Assembly: GCA_964562225.1 (NCBI GenBank)
Contig: CAZLSU010000001.1
Span: forward strand, 1,412 to 65,411
DNA length: 64,000 nucleotides
Source: an uncultured Sphingobium sp.
GTDB lineage: Bacteria; Pseudomonadota; Alphaproteobacteria; Sphingomonadales; Sphingomonadaceae
Direction of reading: 5' to 3'
The notes beneath the pieces are model-generated. The model saw only the letters and a list, made by a program, of their open reading frames with translations. It ran no database searches and was not told where the DNA came from. Within the stretch, counting starts at the first letter, position 1. Each line of letters starts with the position of its first letter. Shown in pieces: positions 9,083 through 18,402 of this stretch. The translations under genes and the position numbers were made by a program.

Positions 9083-11282
9083 CGTCCCATCCTATGACCG
9101 GCTTCATCCTGAAATCCGACGCTGGGTGCGCGACGAGGGGTGGACCGGCCTGCGTGAGATACAGGATACCGCGATCCGTTCGATCCTGGGGTCGAGCAGC
9201 GATGTAATCATCATGGCAGGCACGGCGTCGGGCAAGACTGAGGCCGCGTTCCTGCCGCTGCTAACCGAGGCAGCGGAGATGACAGGAGGAGGTCTTCGCC
9301 TGCTCTACATCAGTCCGCTCAAGGCACTGATCAATGACCAGTTCAGGCGCCTGGAACCGCTGTGTGAACGTCTCGGGCTACCGGTCACCCGTTGGCATGG
9401 CGACGCGCCGCAAGGACCCAAGAAGCGACTGCTCAAGACGCCGGCAGGCGTTGCGCTAATCACGCCTGAATCGATCGAGGCCCTCCTGCTGCGCCGCCCC
9501 GATGATGCAGCCAAGCTGTTCCGGGGCGTGAATGGGATCGTCGTCGACGAGCTTCATGCGTTTCTTCAGGGCCCGCGTGGGTTGCATCTGGCCTCTCTCC
9601 TCCGCCGCATCGACAAGGTCGCGTCCGGACGCCCACGACGTGTCGGCCTCTCCGCGACCCTAGGCGATGGCGACGCCGCCTGCCGCTGGATGAACGCGGC
9701 CAGCCCACAGAGCGTCAACGTGCTGCGTGCGCCGCAGAGCGGCCCGGGCGTCAGGTTGCAGATCCGTGGCTATGAGGAGCCTCCAGAGGGAGCAGGCATC
9801 GACGAGATCGCCGAGAACGGTGCGAGCGATGCGCTCAGCCAGATTGCCGACCATATTTTCTTAAACCTGCGTGGATCGAACAACCTAGCGTTCGCTGCAT
9901 CCCGCCGCACAGTCGAGGCCCTTGCGGACCGCCTGCGCGAGCGGTCAGAGCGCGACAACGTTCCACAGGAGTTCTTTCCCCATCACGGCAGCCTCTCAAA
10001 AGAGCTGCGCGAGACGCTAGAGACGCGCCTCAAGGCTGGCGACCTGCCAACCACCGCGGTTGCGACTACAACGCTCGAACTCGGCATCGATCTTGGCAGC
10101 GTCCAGTCGGTCGCCCAGGTGGGTGCGCCCAGATCGCTGTCCGGGCTAAAGCAGCGCCTCGGTCGGAGCGGGCGGCGCGGGAGTCCCGCAGTACTTCGGA
10201 TTTATGTTCGCGAAGATCATCTCGATCCGGACTCCGATCCGCTGGACAAGCTGCGTCTCGAGACGGTGAGGGCTGTCGCCTGCGTCAGACTTCTGCAGGC
10301 GAACTGGGTCGAGCCCTCCACCGAGGACTCCTCGCTAGCCACGGTGGCACTGCATCAGACCCTCTCGCTTGTCGCTTCCGAGGGCGGCGTCCGCGCGGCC
10401 GCGGCGCACAAACTGCTTTTCGGTCGGGACAGCTACCTTCACTTCGCGCCGTCCGACTACGCAGATCTGCTGCGCGGCGCCGGCCCTCAGGGCTTTAATC
10501 TCCTCGAGCAGTCGCCAGATGGCATACTCATGCTGGGGCAAGCAGGTGAAGAACTGGTCCAGGCGCGCGACTTCTATGCCGTCTTCAAGACTGACGAGGA
10601 ATGGCGCCTGGTTTCAGGCGGTCGGACACTCGGGACCGTTCCGCTCACCAATGTTCTCGGCATAGGATCACTCGTCGGCTTCGCGGGCCGGAGGTGGCGA
10701 GTGGAGGCTGTCGACGATCGCGCCAAGGTGCTCGACGTCGTTCCGCATCGTTCCGGCAAGCTGCCTCGCTTCGACCGGCCCGCGAACGAGCAGCTGCATG
10801 ACCGCGTCACTGCGACGATGCTGGAGGTGCTGTCCGACCACGATGTTCCGGCATACCTGGACGCGGCCGGAAAGCAGTTCCTCCTGCAAGGGCGGAACGC
10901 CTTCCGCGAACTCGGCCTTGACCGGCGCGCTCTCATCCCAGCCGAGCGCGACACCCACGTCATCACCTGGCGTGGCACGGCGGTAAACTCCGTTCTGTCG
11001 ATCGTCCTCATGAGCGCCGGACTCGAGGTGGCCGTCCACGACATCGGCGTTACTGCAGTCGACGTGACGCCGGAGCAACTCATGGCTGTTCTACATCAGG
11101 CAGGCGACTGTCTGCCGATGGAGGATCTGTCCGACTTCGTCGCGGGCCTCCGAACGGCGAAGCTCGACGACTTCGTTGATGAAGCGCTCCTCCGGCGGAT
11201 GTGGGCGGCACGACACGAAAGGTATCGTGACGACATATCCCATGTTCTGGAAAATCTCAGATCAGCCACGGCTACGCTCTGA
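9063..11282 (+). CDS. sngC: Shango SngC-like Lhr-type DEAH-box helicase
   Basis: AGTASGKT, ISPLKALINDQ, TPES, DELH, LSAT, HHGSL, TTTLELGID and QRLGRSGRR are SF2/Lhr motifs. Confidence 0.87.
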   Translation: MSTSASDVPSYDRLHPEIRRWVRDEGWTGLREIQDTAIRSILGSSSDVIIMAGTASGKTEAAFLPLLTEAAEMTGGGLRLLYISPLKALINDQFRRLEPLCERLGLPVTRWHGDAPQGPKKRLLKTPAGVALITPESIEALLLRRPDDAAKLFRGVNGIVVDELHAFLQGPRGLHLASLLRRIDKVASGRPRRVGLSATLGDGDAACRWMNAASPQSVNVLRAPQSGPGVRLQIRGYEEPPEGAGIDEIAENGASDALSQIADHIFLNLRGSNNLAFAASRRTVEALADRLRERSERDNVPQEFFPHHGSLSKELRETLETRLKAGDLPTTAVATTTLELGIDLGSVQSVAQVGAPRSLSGLKQRLGRSGRRGSPAVLRIYVREDHLDPDSDPLDKLRLETVRAVACVRLLQANWVEPSTEDSSLATVALHQTLSLVASEGGVRAAAAHKLLFGRDSYLHFAPSDYADLLRGAGPQGFNLLEQSPDGILMLGQAGEELVQARDFYAVFKTDEEWRLVSGGRTLGTVPLTNVLGIGSLVGFAGRRWRVEAVDDRAKVLDVVPHRSGKLPRFDRPANEQLHDRVTATMLEVLSDHDVPAYLDAAGKQFLLQGRNAFRELGLDRRALIPAERDTHVITWRGTAVNSVLSIVLMSAGLEVAVHDIGVTAVDVTPEQLMAVLHQAGDCLPMEDLSDFVAGLRTAKLDDFVDEALLRRMWAARHERYRDDISHVLENLRSATATL

Positions 11283-11569
11283 CGCCGAATGCCGAGCCTG
11301 CCGGAAGGAACCAACGGAGGGCACCACAATACCGAAAAGACGTCTGACGCCCGCAGAAATCGGCGGCAGCGGTCATTACCGCTTCCACCATGAATGTCCG
11401 CATTCCTCAAATCATTACCCGAAACCGGATTGTCGCGAATGTCCCAAAGCAGGTCACCATAACCGTCTCATTTTTGGCTACCGCTAGCCTCGCAGCACAG
11501 CCGTAGCCTTGCGATTTGCCACACATTCATCCTGGCAAACCGACGGTGCCTGATCCAAATGGAGTTGCG

Positions 11570-12295
11570 ATGAACCCATTTCGTTCACTCAACGATGCCG
11601 AACCGGCCCTATCGAATGCGTCCCTGCTCAAGGCCGCACTGCTGACGATCGACTATATCGAGAACAATGGAGCGATCGGCCTGACCGCCGCTAAGGCGTT
11701 CAAGCGCCATTTTGTCGCGTGGGCAGCCGAGGCATTCCACTGGCCTGATTATACGACCGAGGACCTGTATGCGGTCAACAAGGTTCTGAACGAGCATGAT
11801 TTCCCGCCGCTTATGATCCTTCATGAAATCCTGCTGAGCGCAAAACTCGCGCGGCATCTCAAAGGTGCCATGCATCTGACCAAGTTAGCCCGCCTGCTCC
11901 GATCCAGGCCAGCACAGCTCTGGACGTTGCTGGCAACACATCTCCTGTTTGTCCTTGACCATGGTCGGCACAGCCGGAGCGATGAACCACCTATTGGCAA
12001 CTGGGATATCTTTCTCAACGTGATCAATGTCGAGGCGCAAACAGGAGTCACCGAGGAACGGCTATGCTCGGTCCTGTACGGTGGCAAAGAGGAAGACATC
12101 CGCCGCTACGACTACAAACTGACGGCGGCTTTCCACGTCCATGTGTTGCGGCCGCTATGCTGGGCTGGGTTGTTGGACGAGCACAGGACGGGCTCCGGCC
12201 TTGCGAGACAGGAAATCTATACCAAGACGGCGCTATGGCAGGCAGCCTTCAAGCTGGAAACCGATGTGCATCTCAAGCCTGTGGCCCTTCACTGA
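11570..12295 (+). CDS. Hypothetical protein
   Basis: 241-aa ORF with GGAG RBS and protein-like composition; no motif recognised. Confidence 0.6.
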   Translation: MNPFRSLNDAEPALSNASLLKAALLTIDYIENNGAIGLTAAKAFKRHFVAWAAEAFHWPDYTTEDLYAVNKVLNEHDFPPLMILHEILLSAKLARHLKGAMHLTKLARLLRSRPAQLWTLLATHLLFVLDHGRHSRSDEPPIGNWDIFLNVINVEAQTGVTEERLCSVLYGGKEEDIRRYDYKLTAAFHVHVLRPLCWAGLLDEHRTGSGLARQEIYTKTALWQAAFKLETDVHLKPVALH

Positions 12296-12512
12296 GCAGC
12301 ATCACCATCTGGACAAAAGCCCGGATCACGAATGGGTCCGCCCCGCCCGCCGCTTACCCCCGCGCTGCTATCCCCCCTTGCCGTTGCACAGGGACGACTT
12401 TCCATCGCCAATATATGAACGAAGGAGAGCGCTGGAGGGACCTGCCGAAACACATGAGGTTAAGTCCCGACTGCGGGAAGCCACGGCAGAGGCGTTACAA
12501 ACGTCGATCGCG

Positions 12513-13004
12513 TCAGCTTGGGGCGGCCTTCGCTTTGCGCCCACGCGGCTTGGGCGCCGGGGTAACAGGGGCAGGATCGGGTAGCGGCGCCGCTACCCTC
12601 CCCTTTCGGCCCAAGCCGATCTTCTTGGCAAGGCTCCGACGCTGCTCAGCATAGTTGGGCGCGACCATCGGGTAATCCGCAGGCAGCTTCCACTTCGCGC
12701 GATAGGCATCGGGCGTCAGCTGATAATGGGTCATGAGATGCCGCTTGAGCATCTTCAGCTTCTTTCCGTCCTCGAGGCAGACGATGAAGTCCGGCTTGAT
12801 CGATGTGCGGACGGAAACCGCAGGCTTTTGCTGTTCCTCCGCTACTAGTGTCGGCCCAGTGCCAAGCCCTGCCAGCGAACCATGCACATTGGCAATGAGC
12901 ACCGGAAGATCACCAACCGCGACGCTGTTGTTGGCGACGTGCGCCGAAACAATGTCGGCCGTGAGCGTCAGAAGATCGAGCGTGCTGTCGGTCGGGTCGT
13001 TCAT
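12513..13004 (-). CDS. mucR: MucR/Ros family nucleoid-associated transcriptional regulator
   Basis: LTADIVSAHVANN...PAVSVRTSIKPDFIVCLEDGKKLKMLKRHLMTHY...YPMVAPNYAEQRRSLAKKIGLG; true start is ATG 13004 inside the longer track ORF. Confidence 0.93.
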   Translation of the reverse strand: MNDPTDSTLDLLTLTADIVSAHVANNSVAVGDLPVLIANVHGSLAGLGTGPTLVAEEQQKPAVSVRTSIKPDFIVCLEDGKKLKMLKRHLMTHYQLTPDAYRAKWKLPADYPMVAPNYAEQRRSLAKKIGLGRKGRVAAPLPDPAPVTPAPKPRGRKAKAAPS

Positions 13005-13063
13005 GAGCTTCCTTTGTGATGGAAAAGCGTTGCGGCTGAGGCAGCCGACTTTGGTCACCGATG

Positions 13064-13543
13064 CTATTTCGAACGAGGGCGCCTTGGCAATGATCGATCG
13101 CCCCATGCCGCTCGTCGCCACTGAAGCGGCGTTATACCAACTCTCCGTACAAATGTGTTGGTGAAATGGCTTTGATCGACAAAGCCGCATTCGAGCGCGA
13201 TCTCTGCCAGCGGGAAATGAGATTGTGCCAGAAGGTTCTTGGCGAGAACAATCCTCTGTCCGATAAACCAGGTGTACGGCGCGATCCCGACCGTGTTGGT
13301 AAAAGCCCGGACGAAATAGCTCATCGACAGTCGGCATGCGCGAGCGAGGTCGGAGATCACAACGGTTTCCCCGAGTTTCGCGCTCATGGCTTCCTTCGCC
13401 AGACGCTCCTGCCACGGTGCCAGGCGAGGCCCCGCGTGCAAGTGGACCGCCCGGCGCTCGCCCCTCCCCGTCTGTGCAAATAGAGACGGCGCGCAATCGC
13501 CCCGCTGCGAAACGCGCGCATTGAGATACTCGCCGGCCTTCAA
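13064..13543 (-). CDS. AraC-family HTH regulator (DNA-binding domain only)
   Basis: LAPWQER...LARACRLSMSYFVRAF...LAEIALECGFVDQSHFTNTFVRRVGITPLQWR; in-frame stop shortly upstream, so no sensor domain. Confidence 0.8.
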   Translation of the reverse strand: MKAGEYLNARVSQRGDCAPSLFAQTGRGERRAVHLHAGPRLAPWQERLAKEAMSAKLGETVVISDLARACRLSMSYFVRAFTNTVGIAPYTWFIGQRIVLAKNLLAQSHFPLAEIALECGFVDQSHFTNTFVRRVGITPLQWRRAAWGDRSLPRRPRSK

Positions 13544-13853
13544 CCGCGCCTTGCCGCCATCGCGACCCCCGGAGGGACAATGGGCAGGCTACGGACGCGG
13601 AACGCGGTCTGATTGCCGATCCCAATAGTCGCCACGCGTGGGACATTGACGCCTGGAAAGGGCGCCCGTGTCGGAACACGGCGTGAGGACCCTATTACTC
13701 CCTATCGTCCCTGACACTTGGCGAGACGAAAAGGCGGTCCTCCCGATTCAAATATTTCTTTGAGATAGAGGCGTCTGCGGAGCCGGCGGTCACAAAAGCT
13801 TAAATCCTGCGCATCGCCCGCGCGCTGCGGTCAGCGGTCAGATTGCTCCGGCA

Positions 13854-14492
13854 CTACCGTGGTGTGGTGGTAGCGGATTCAGAGTCGCAGGAGGGCCCAC
13901 CGCAAAGAGCGGTCCGCAGATGCCGTTCGGCGCGTGCCAGCTCCTTCTGGACCGTACGCTTGTGAATCGCGAATTTGGCAGCAATCTCGACCTGGGTCTT
14001 CTCGTCTCGCCAAGCCGCCAGGAAGATGTCGCGCCTCTGGGTTGGCAGGGTCTCGAGCGCGTCAAGCACTCGAGCCAGAGCAAGCCTTGCGCCCGCCGCG
14101 CGCTCGGGGTCCGGCGCGTCGTCGGTGAGGTCGACGACTGCGGCGGCATCGGCAGGCGTGAACAGCATTTCATGACGCCGCCGGTTTTTCGCCTGATTGA
14201 TTGCCATCCGATAGAGATAGGCGATTGGCTTCCTGACCTCCCCTATAGCTGCGCCGCTCTGGAGCTTGAGATAGGCGTCGTGGAGCGCCTCGGTCGCGGC
14301 GTCAGCGGATCGCAACGCACCCGTGAGCCGGAGGAGCAGCAAATCATATTCTGCCTCCAGCAAGGCAAGCAGACGCTCGAGAGCCGCGTCCGCAATGCGC
14401 TCGGTGCGAAATGGGGCAACGGCAATCGCAAGGCCCCGCAGCTCGGGCGCGCCGCGCGGCCCGCGAAAAGATGGCGGGCTGCTGTCCTTCAC
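13854..14492 (-). CDS. ECF (FecI-like) RNA polymerase sigma factor
   Basis: Region 2 EALHDAYLKL...AYLYRMAIN and region 4 LETLPTQRRDIF...QVEIAAKFAIHKRTVQKEL. Confidence 0.82.
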   Translation of the reverse strand: MKDSSPPSFRGPRGAPELRGLAIAVAPFRTERIADAALERLLALLEAEYDLLLLRLTGALRSADAATEALHDAYLKLQSGAAIGEVRKPIAYLYRMAINQAKNRRRHEMLFTPADAAAVVDLTDDAPDPERAAGARLALARVLDALETLPTQRRDIFLAAWRDEKTQVEIAAKFAIHKRTVQKELARAERHLRTALCGGPSCDSESATTTPR

Positions 14493-15080
14493 AAGCTCCG
14501 TCGGCGCCGCCGCCTCGCTAGCCCATCAGGCCTGACCCCGCCATTGCGGCCTGTGCTCCAAAGCCCCTTGATCGCAAGATTTCCAAAGCGATGGAGCTGC
14601 AATATTATGTGCTCGTTGGGCAAGGGAACATCCCTCTTGCGGTAGCGCGACAGACCGCGTCAGCGCGTGGTCGATCTCCCATCATGGGTTACCAATAGCG
14701 ATCAATCGCAACAATGTAGCTTCTGTTATCCCCCCACACAACTTGACACGGAACTCAATTGCCGCGCTATCAGTCCCGCCAGATGATGCACCTCCGTTTC
14801 CTGCGATATTTATACCTGGGTGTCGGGACACACATCAGCAGTCCAATCGTTGAACAAGCCTAGCTCTCACTGCAGCTCCATTGCTTCGCTCCAACGGACA
14901 CCCAATCTTACGGAAGATCATCAGCGTCCCGTTTCGCAAAAGGTACCATCCCCGGTTTGTCCCCTTCGGGTGTTAGCACCTGCTCAGCCGCCTTTTTTGG
15001 GACCAGTTGATGTTCGGGCTCTTTGCTGGCTTGGCGCGCTCGGGCCGGTGAGCGCCGGATAGCCAATATCATTGCGGCCC

Positions 15081-15111
15081 TTGACCCTGACACGATGTCA
15101 GACCCTAGATG
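15081..15111 (+). promoter_or_regulatory. MerR/CueR-type promoter-operator of copA
   Basis: -35 TTGACC, 19-bp spacer holding the dyad CTGACA-CGA-TGTCAG, then TAGATG; 26 bp upstream of the copA ATG. Confidence 0.75.
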
Positions 15112-15137
15112 GGATCGCGTCGAGAAGGAGAACGGGA

Positions 15138-17516
15138 ATGTCCGAGTCTAAATCCACGGCGCATGCCGGCCATGATCATGGCTGCTGCGCGGCCCCCGCG
15201 AACGAGAAGCCCCATGGCGCCGGCCCGGATCAAGCGATCGATCCCGTATGCGGGATGACCGTCGATCCGGCCAAGACGCCGCATCACGCGGAGCATGACG
15301 GCAAGACCTGGCATTTCTGCAGCGCGGGCTGTCGTTCGAAATTCATAGCGGACCCCGAACAGTATCTGACGGATCGCGGCGATCAATCGGCTGCGGCCGA
15401 GGGAACGATCTGGACCTGTCCGATGCACCCCGAGATACGGCAGGACCATCCCGGCGCCTGCCCGATCTGCGGCATGGCGCTCGAGCCCGCCATGGTCACG
15501 GCCGACAGCGGCCCGAGCCCCGAGCTCAAGGACATGAGTCGGCGCTTCTGGGTAGCGCTGGTGCTCAGCCTGCCCGTGTTCATCCTCGAGATGGGCGGAC
15601 ATCTGTTCCCTGCCCTCCATCATATCGTGCCGCAGGCGGTCTCGACCTGGATCCAGTTCGTCCTTGCGACGCCCGTCGTGCTGTGGGCGGGCTGGCCCTT
15701 CTTCGAGCGCGGCTGGGCATCGCTCCGCACGCGCAACCTCAACATGTTCACGCTGATCGCGATGGGGACCGGCGTCGCCTGGGGCTACAGCGTGGTCGCG
15801 ACCCTTGTCCCTTCATCCTTCCCCCAGGCGTTTCGCGCGGCCGATGGGTCGGTCGCGGTCTATTTCGAGGCCGCCGCCGTCATCACCGTCCTCGTGCTGC
15901 TGGGACAGGTGCTCGAGCTGCGTGCCCGCGAGCGGACTTCGGGCGCGATCAAGGCGCTGCTCAACCTCGCGCCCAAGACCGCGCGCCGCATCGACGCCGA
16001 CGGAAATGATGAGGAGGTGTCGCTCGACCAAGTCGCCGTCGGCGATCGTCTTCGTGTTCGGCCGGGCGAAAAGGTGCCGGTCGATGGCAAGGTCGAGGAG
16101 GGCCGGTCCTCGCTCGACGAGGCGATGGTGACGGGAGAATCGATGCCCGTCACGAAGTCGATCGGTGACGTGGTCATCGGTGGAACGATCAACCAGAGCG
16201 GTGCCCTCGTCATCCGCGCCGAGAAGGTGGGCCGCGACACGATGCTGGCGCGCATTGTCCAGATGGTCGCTGACGCGCAGCGTTCGCGAGCACCTATCCA
16301 ACGCCTGGCCGACCAGGTCGCGGGATGGTTCGTGCCCGCCGTCCTGTTGATCGCGCTCATTGCCTTTGGTGTATGGGGTATCTGGGGGCCAGAACCCCGT
16401 CTGGCCCATGGCCTGATCGCCGCCGTCGCCGTGCTTATCATCGCGTGCCCCTGCGCCTTGGGGCTTGCGACGCCAATGTCGATCATGGTCGGCATCGGCC
16501 GGGGCGCGGGGCTCGGCGTGCTCATCAAGAATGCCGAAGCGCTGGAGCGGATGGAGAAGATCGACACGCTCGTCGTCGACAAGACAGGTACGCTGACCGA
16601 GGGGCGACCATCGGTCACCCGCATCATTCCGGCGACAGGCTATGAAGAGACCGAACTGCTGCGGCTCGCCGCCGGCGTGGAGCGGGCGTCCGAACATCCG
16701 CTGGCGCTCGCCGTGATCGCCGCCGCCAAGGACAGGGGAATCGTGCTTCCCGAGGTCGCGGACTTTGATTCACCGACCGGCAAGGGCGCGATCGGCACGG
16801 TGGATGGCAAGCGCATCACCCTGGGCAACGCCCGTTTCCTGTCAGAAAACGGGATCGACGTCAGCGCACTCGAGCCCCAGGCGGACGAACTGCGCCAGGA
16901 TGGCGCGACCGCCATCTTCATCGGCATCGACAAGCAGGCGGCCGGCATTCTGGCCATCGCCGATGCAATCAAGGCGACGACGGCCGAGGCCATCGCGGCG
17001 CTTCGCAAGGAGGGCATAAGGGTCGTAATGCTGACGGGCGATAATCGCACCACGGCGCAAGCGGTCGGACGCAAGCTCGGGATCGACGAGGTCGAAGCCG
17101 AAGTGCTGCCGGATCAGAAAAGCGCGGTTGTCGCGCGATTGAAGAGCGAGGGCCGCGTTGTCGCAATGGCAGGCGACGGGGTCAATGACGCGCCTGCGCT
17201 CGCGGCGGCTGATGTCGGCATCGCGATGGGCTCGGGCACCGATGTCGCGATCGAAAGCGCGGGCGTGACGCTGCTGAAGGGTGATCTCAACGGTATTGTA
17301 CGCGCACGCCGGCTCAGCGAGGCGACAATGTCCAACATCCGTCAGAACCTGTTCTTCGCCTTCGTTTATAACGCCGCAGGTATACCGATCGCAGCGGGTT
17401 TGCTCTACCCGATCTTCGGCATCCTGCTCTCACCGATCATCGCGGCGGCGGCGATGGCACTGTCCTCGGTCAGCGTGGTCACCAACGCGCTACGCCTCAA
17501 TCGGGTGACATTGTGA
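15138..17516 (+). CDS. copA: Cu(I)/Ag(I)-translocating P1B ATPase with YHS and heavy-metal-binding domains
   Basis: DPVCGM...FCSAGC (YHS), WTCPMHP...[37 protein letters not shown]; AGGAG RBS before ATG 15138. Confidence 0.93.
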   Translation: MSESKSTAHAGHDHGCCAAPANEKPHGAGPDQAIDPVCGMTVDPAKTPHHAEHDGKTWHFCSAGCRSKFIADPEQYLTDRGDQSAAAEGTIWTCPMHPEIRQDHPGACPICGMALEPAMVTADSGPSPELKDMSRRFWVALVLSLPVFILEMGGHLFPALHHIVPQAVSTWIQFVLATPVVLWAGWPFFERGWASLRTRNLNMFTLIAMGTGVAWGYSVVATLVPSSFPQAFRAADGSVAVYFEAAAVITVLVLLGQVLELRARERTSGAIKALLNLAPKTARRIDADGNDEEVSLDQVAVGDRLRVRPGEKVPVDGKVEEGRSSLDEAMVTGESMPVTKSIGDVVIGGTINQSGALVIRAEKVGRDTMLARIVQMVADAQRSRAPIQRLADQVAGWFVPAVLLIALIAFGVWGIWGPEPRLAHGLIAAVAVLIIACPCALGLATPMSIMVGIGRGAGLGVLIKNAEALERMEKIDTLVVDKTGTLTEGRPSVTRIIPATGYEETELLRLAAGVERASEHPLALAVIAAAKDRGIVLPEVADFDSPTGKGAIGTVDGKRITLGNARFLSENGIDVSALEPQADELRQDGATAIFIGIDKQAAGILAIADAIKATTAEAIAALRKEGIRVVMLTGDNRTTAQAVGRKLGIDEVEAEVLPDQKSAVVARLKSEGRVVAMAGDGVNDAPALAAADVGIAMGSGTDVAIESAGVTLLKGDLNGIVRARRLSEATMSNIRQNLFFAFVYNAAGIPIAAGLLYPIFGILLSPIIAAAAMALSSVSVVTNALRLNRVTL

Positions 17517-17899
17517 ACATAGGCGGTGCGTCGGGCGCGAGCGGGGTCTCGCAGCGGATGATCCGCCATTATGAGAAGATCGGCCTGATCCCGTCCGCTG
17601 CGCGGCGGGACAGTGGCTATCGCGACTACAGCGATGCGGACGTCCATCGGCTTCGCTTTATTGCCAATGCCCGTGATCTCGGCTTTCCGATCGAAGAAAT
17701 CCGAAAGCTGCTTGGGCTTTGGTCCGATCGCGATCGGGCCAGTTCGGAGGTCAAGGCGTTGGCACAATCGCGCGCCGCAGAACTTGGTCGGAAGGCCGCA
17801 GCGCTTCAGGCAATGCAACGTGCCCTCCTAAACCTTGCTCGCCGCTGCCAGGGGGATGCACGACCTGATTGCCCGATCCTCGACGGACTTGAGGAGTAG
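17513..17899 (+). CDS. cueR: Cu(I)-responsive MerR-family regulator
   Basis: MNIG...[11 protein letters not shown]...GYRDY and C-terminal [12 protein letters not shown]. Confidence 0.93.
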   Translation: MNIGGASGASGVSQRMIRHYEKIGLIPSAARRDSGYRDYSDADVHRLRFIANARDLGFPIEEIRKLLGLWSDRDRASSEVKALAQSRAAELGRKAAALQAMQRALLNLARRCQGDARPDCPILDGLEE

Positions 17900-17974
17900 C
17901 CGGTCAATTTGAGGCGCCCTCCTGTCGTCGCAAGCGGATCGGCATCAGGCCGATCGCAGCACGCAGCCAGGGTG

Positions 17975-18236
17975 GCATGTCGGAACAAACGGCATGGGGA
18001 TATCTGCAAAAGCGTCGGCGAGGCGTGTTCGTCGAGCAGCGTACGGCGCTGCTGCTCGTCCCTCAATCCCGGGAACACTGGAACGCAACATTCTGATCAA
18101 CCCAGCGAATTCGCATGCCAGAGCGATTAGCTTTGACCTCCCGGAGCCCATTTGGTGGGATGATCGACTTGCGGCTGAAGAGCAGACCTTGGAGCAGCTG
18201 CGCGAACCTATTTTGCCAAATAGCCCGAGCCTTTAG
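17975..18236 (+). pseudogene. Frameshifted C-terminal remnant of a RES-domain toxin
   Basis: Pieces in shifting frames: DICKSVGEA / FVEQRTALLLVP / SIPGTLERNILINPANSHARAISFDLPEPIWWDDRL, resembling RES-family C-termini. Left boundary approximate. Confidence 0.6.
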
Positions 18237-18284
18237 GGTTGCGCCGCGACGCCTCTCCTCCCTATAGCAAAGCCACTCGCAAGG

Positions 18285-18333
18285 ACCCGGTGCAACCCCG
18301 GGTGGCTATTCCGGCCGCCAATCCGCCGGATAA
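18285..18333 (+). ncRNA. sul1-like cis-regulatory RNA motif upstream of SulP
   Basis: Hairpin ACCCGG/CCGGGT, then TGGC, then hairpin TATTCCGGC/GCCGGATA whose loop GCCA can pair with TGGC (pseudoknot). Position before an alphaproteobacterial SulP fits the sul1 motif; not verified with a covariance model. Confidence 0.65.
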
Positions 18334-18402
18334 CATCACATGATTGCCCCGATGAGTACCGCCCTGCGGTGCCATGTGCCTTGTTACGAAATGATTCCTG
18401 AA

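Noticed and set aside
11283-11515. Short repeats (GAATGTCC twice, TCATTACC twice) after the helicase
   Set aside because: Too short and irregular to call a repeat family or attC-like site without a search.
12414-12512. GERWRDLP peptide reminiscent of IS5 transposases
   Set aside because: Only a five-residue match with no supporting flanking similarity or terminal repeats.
12513-13679. Apparent 388-aa MucR fusion
   Set aside because: The extension overlaps the AraC gene in another frame; MucR has its own AAGGA RBS and start at 13004.
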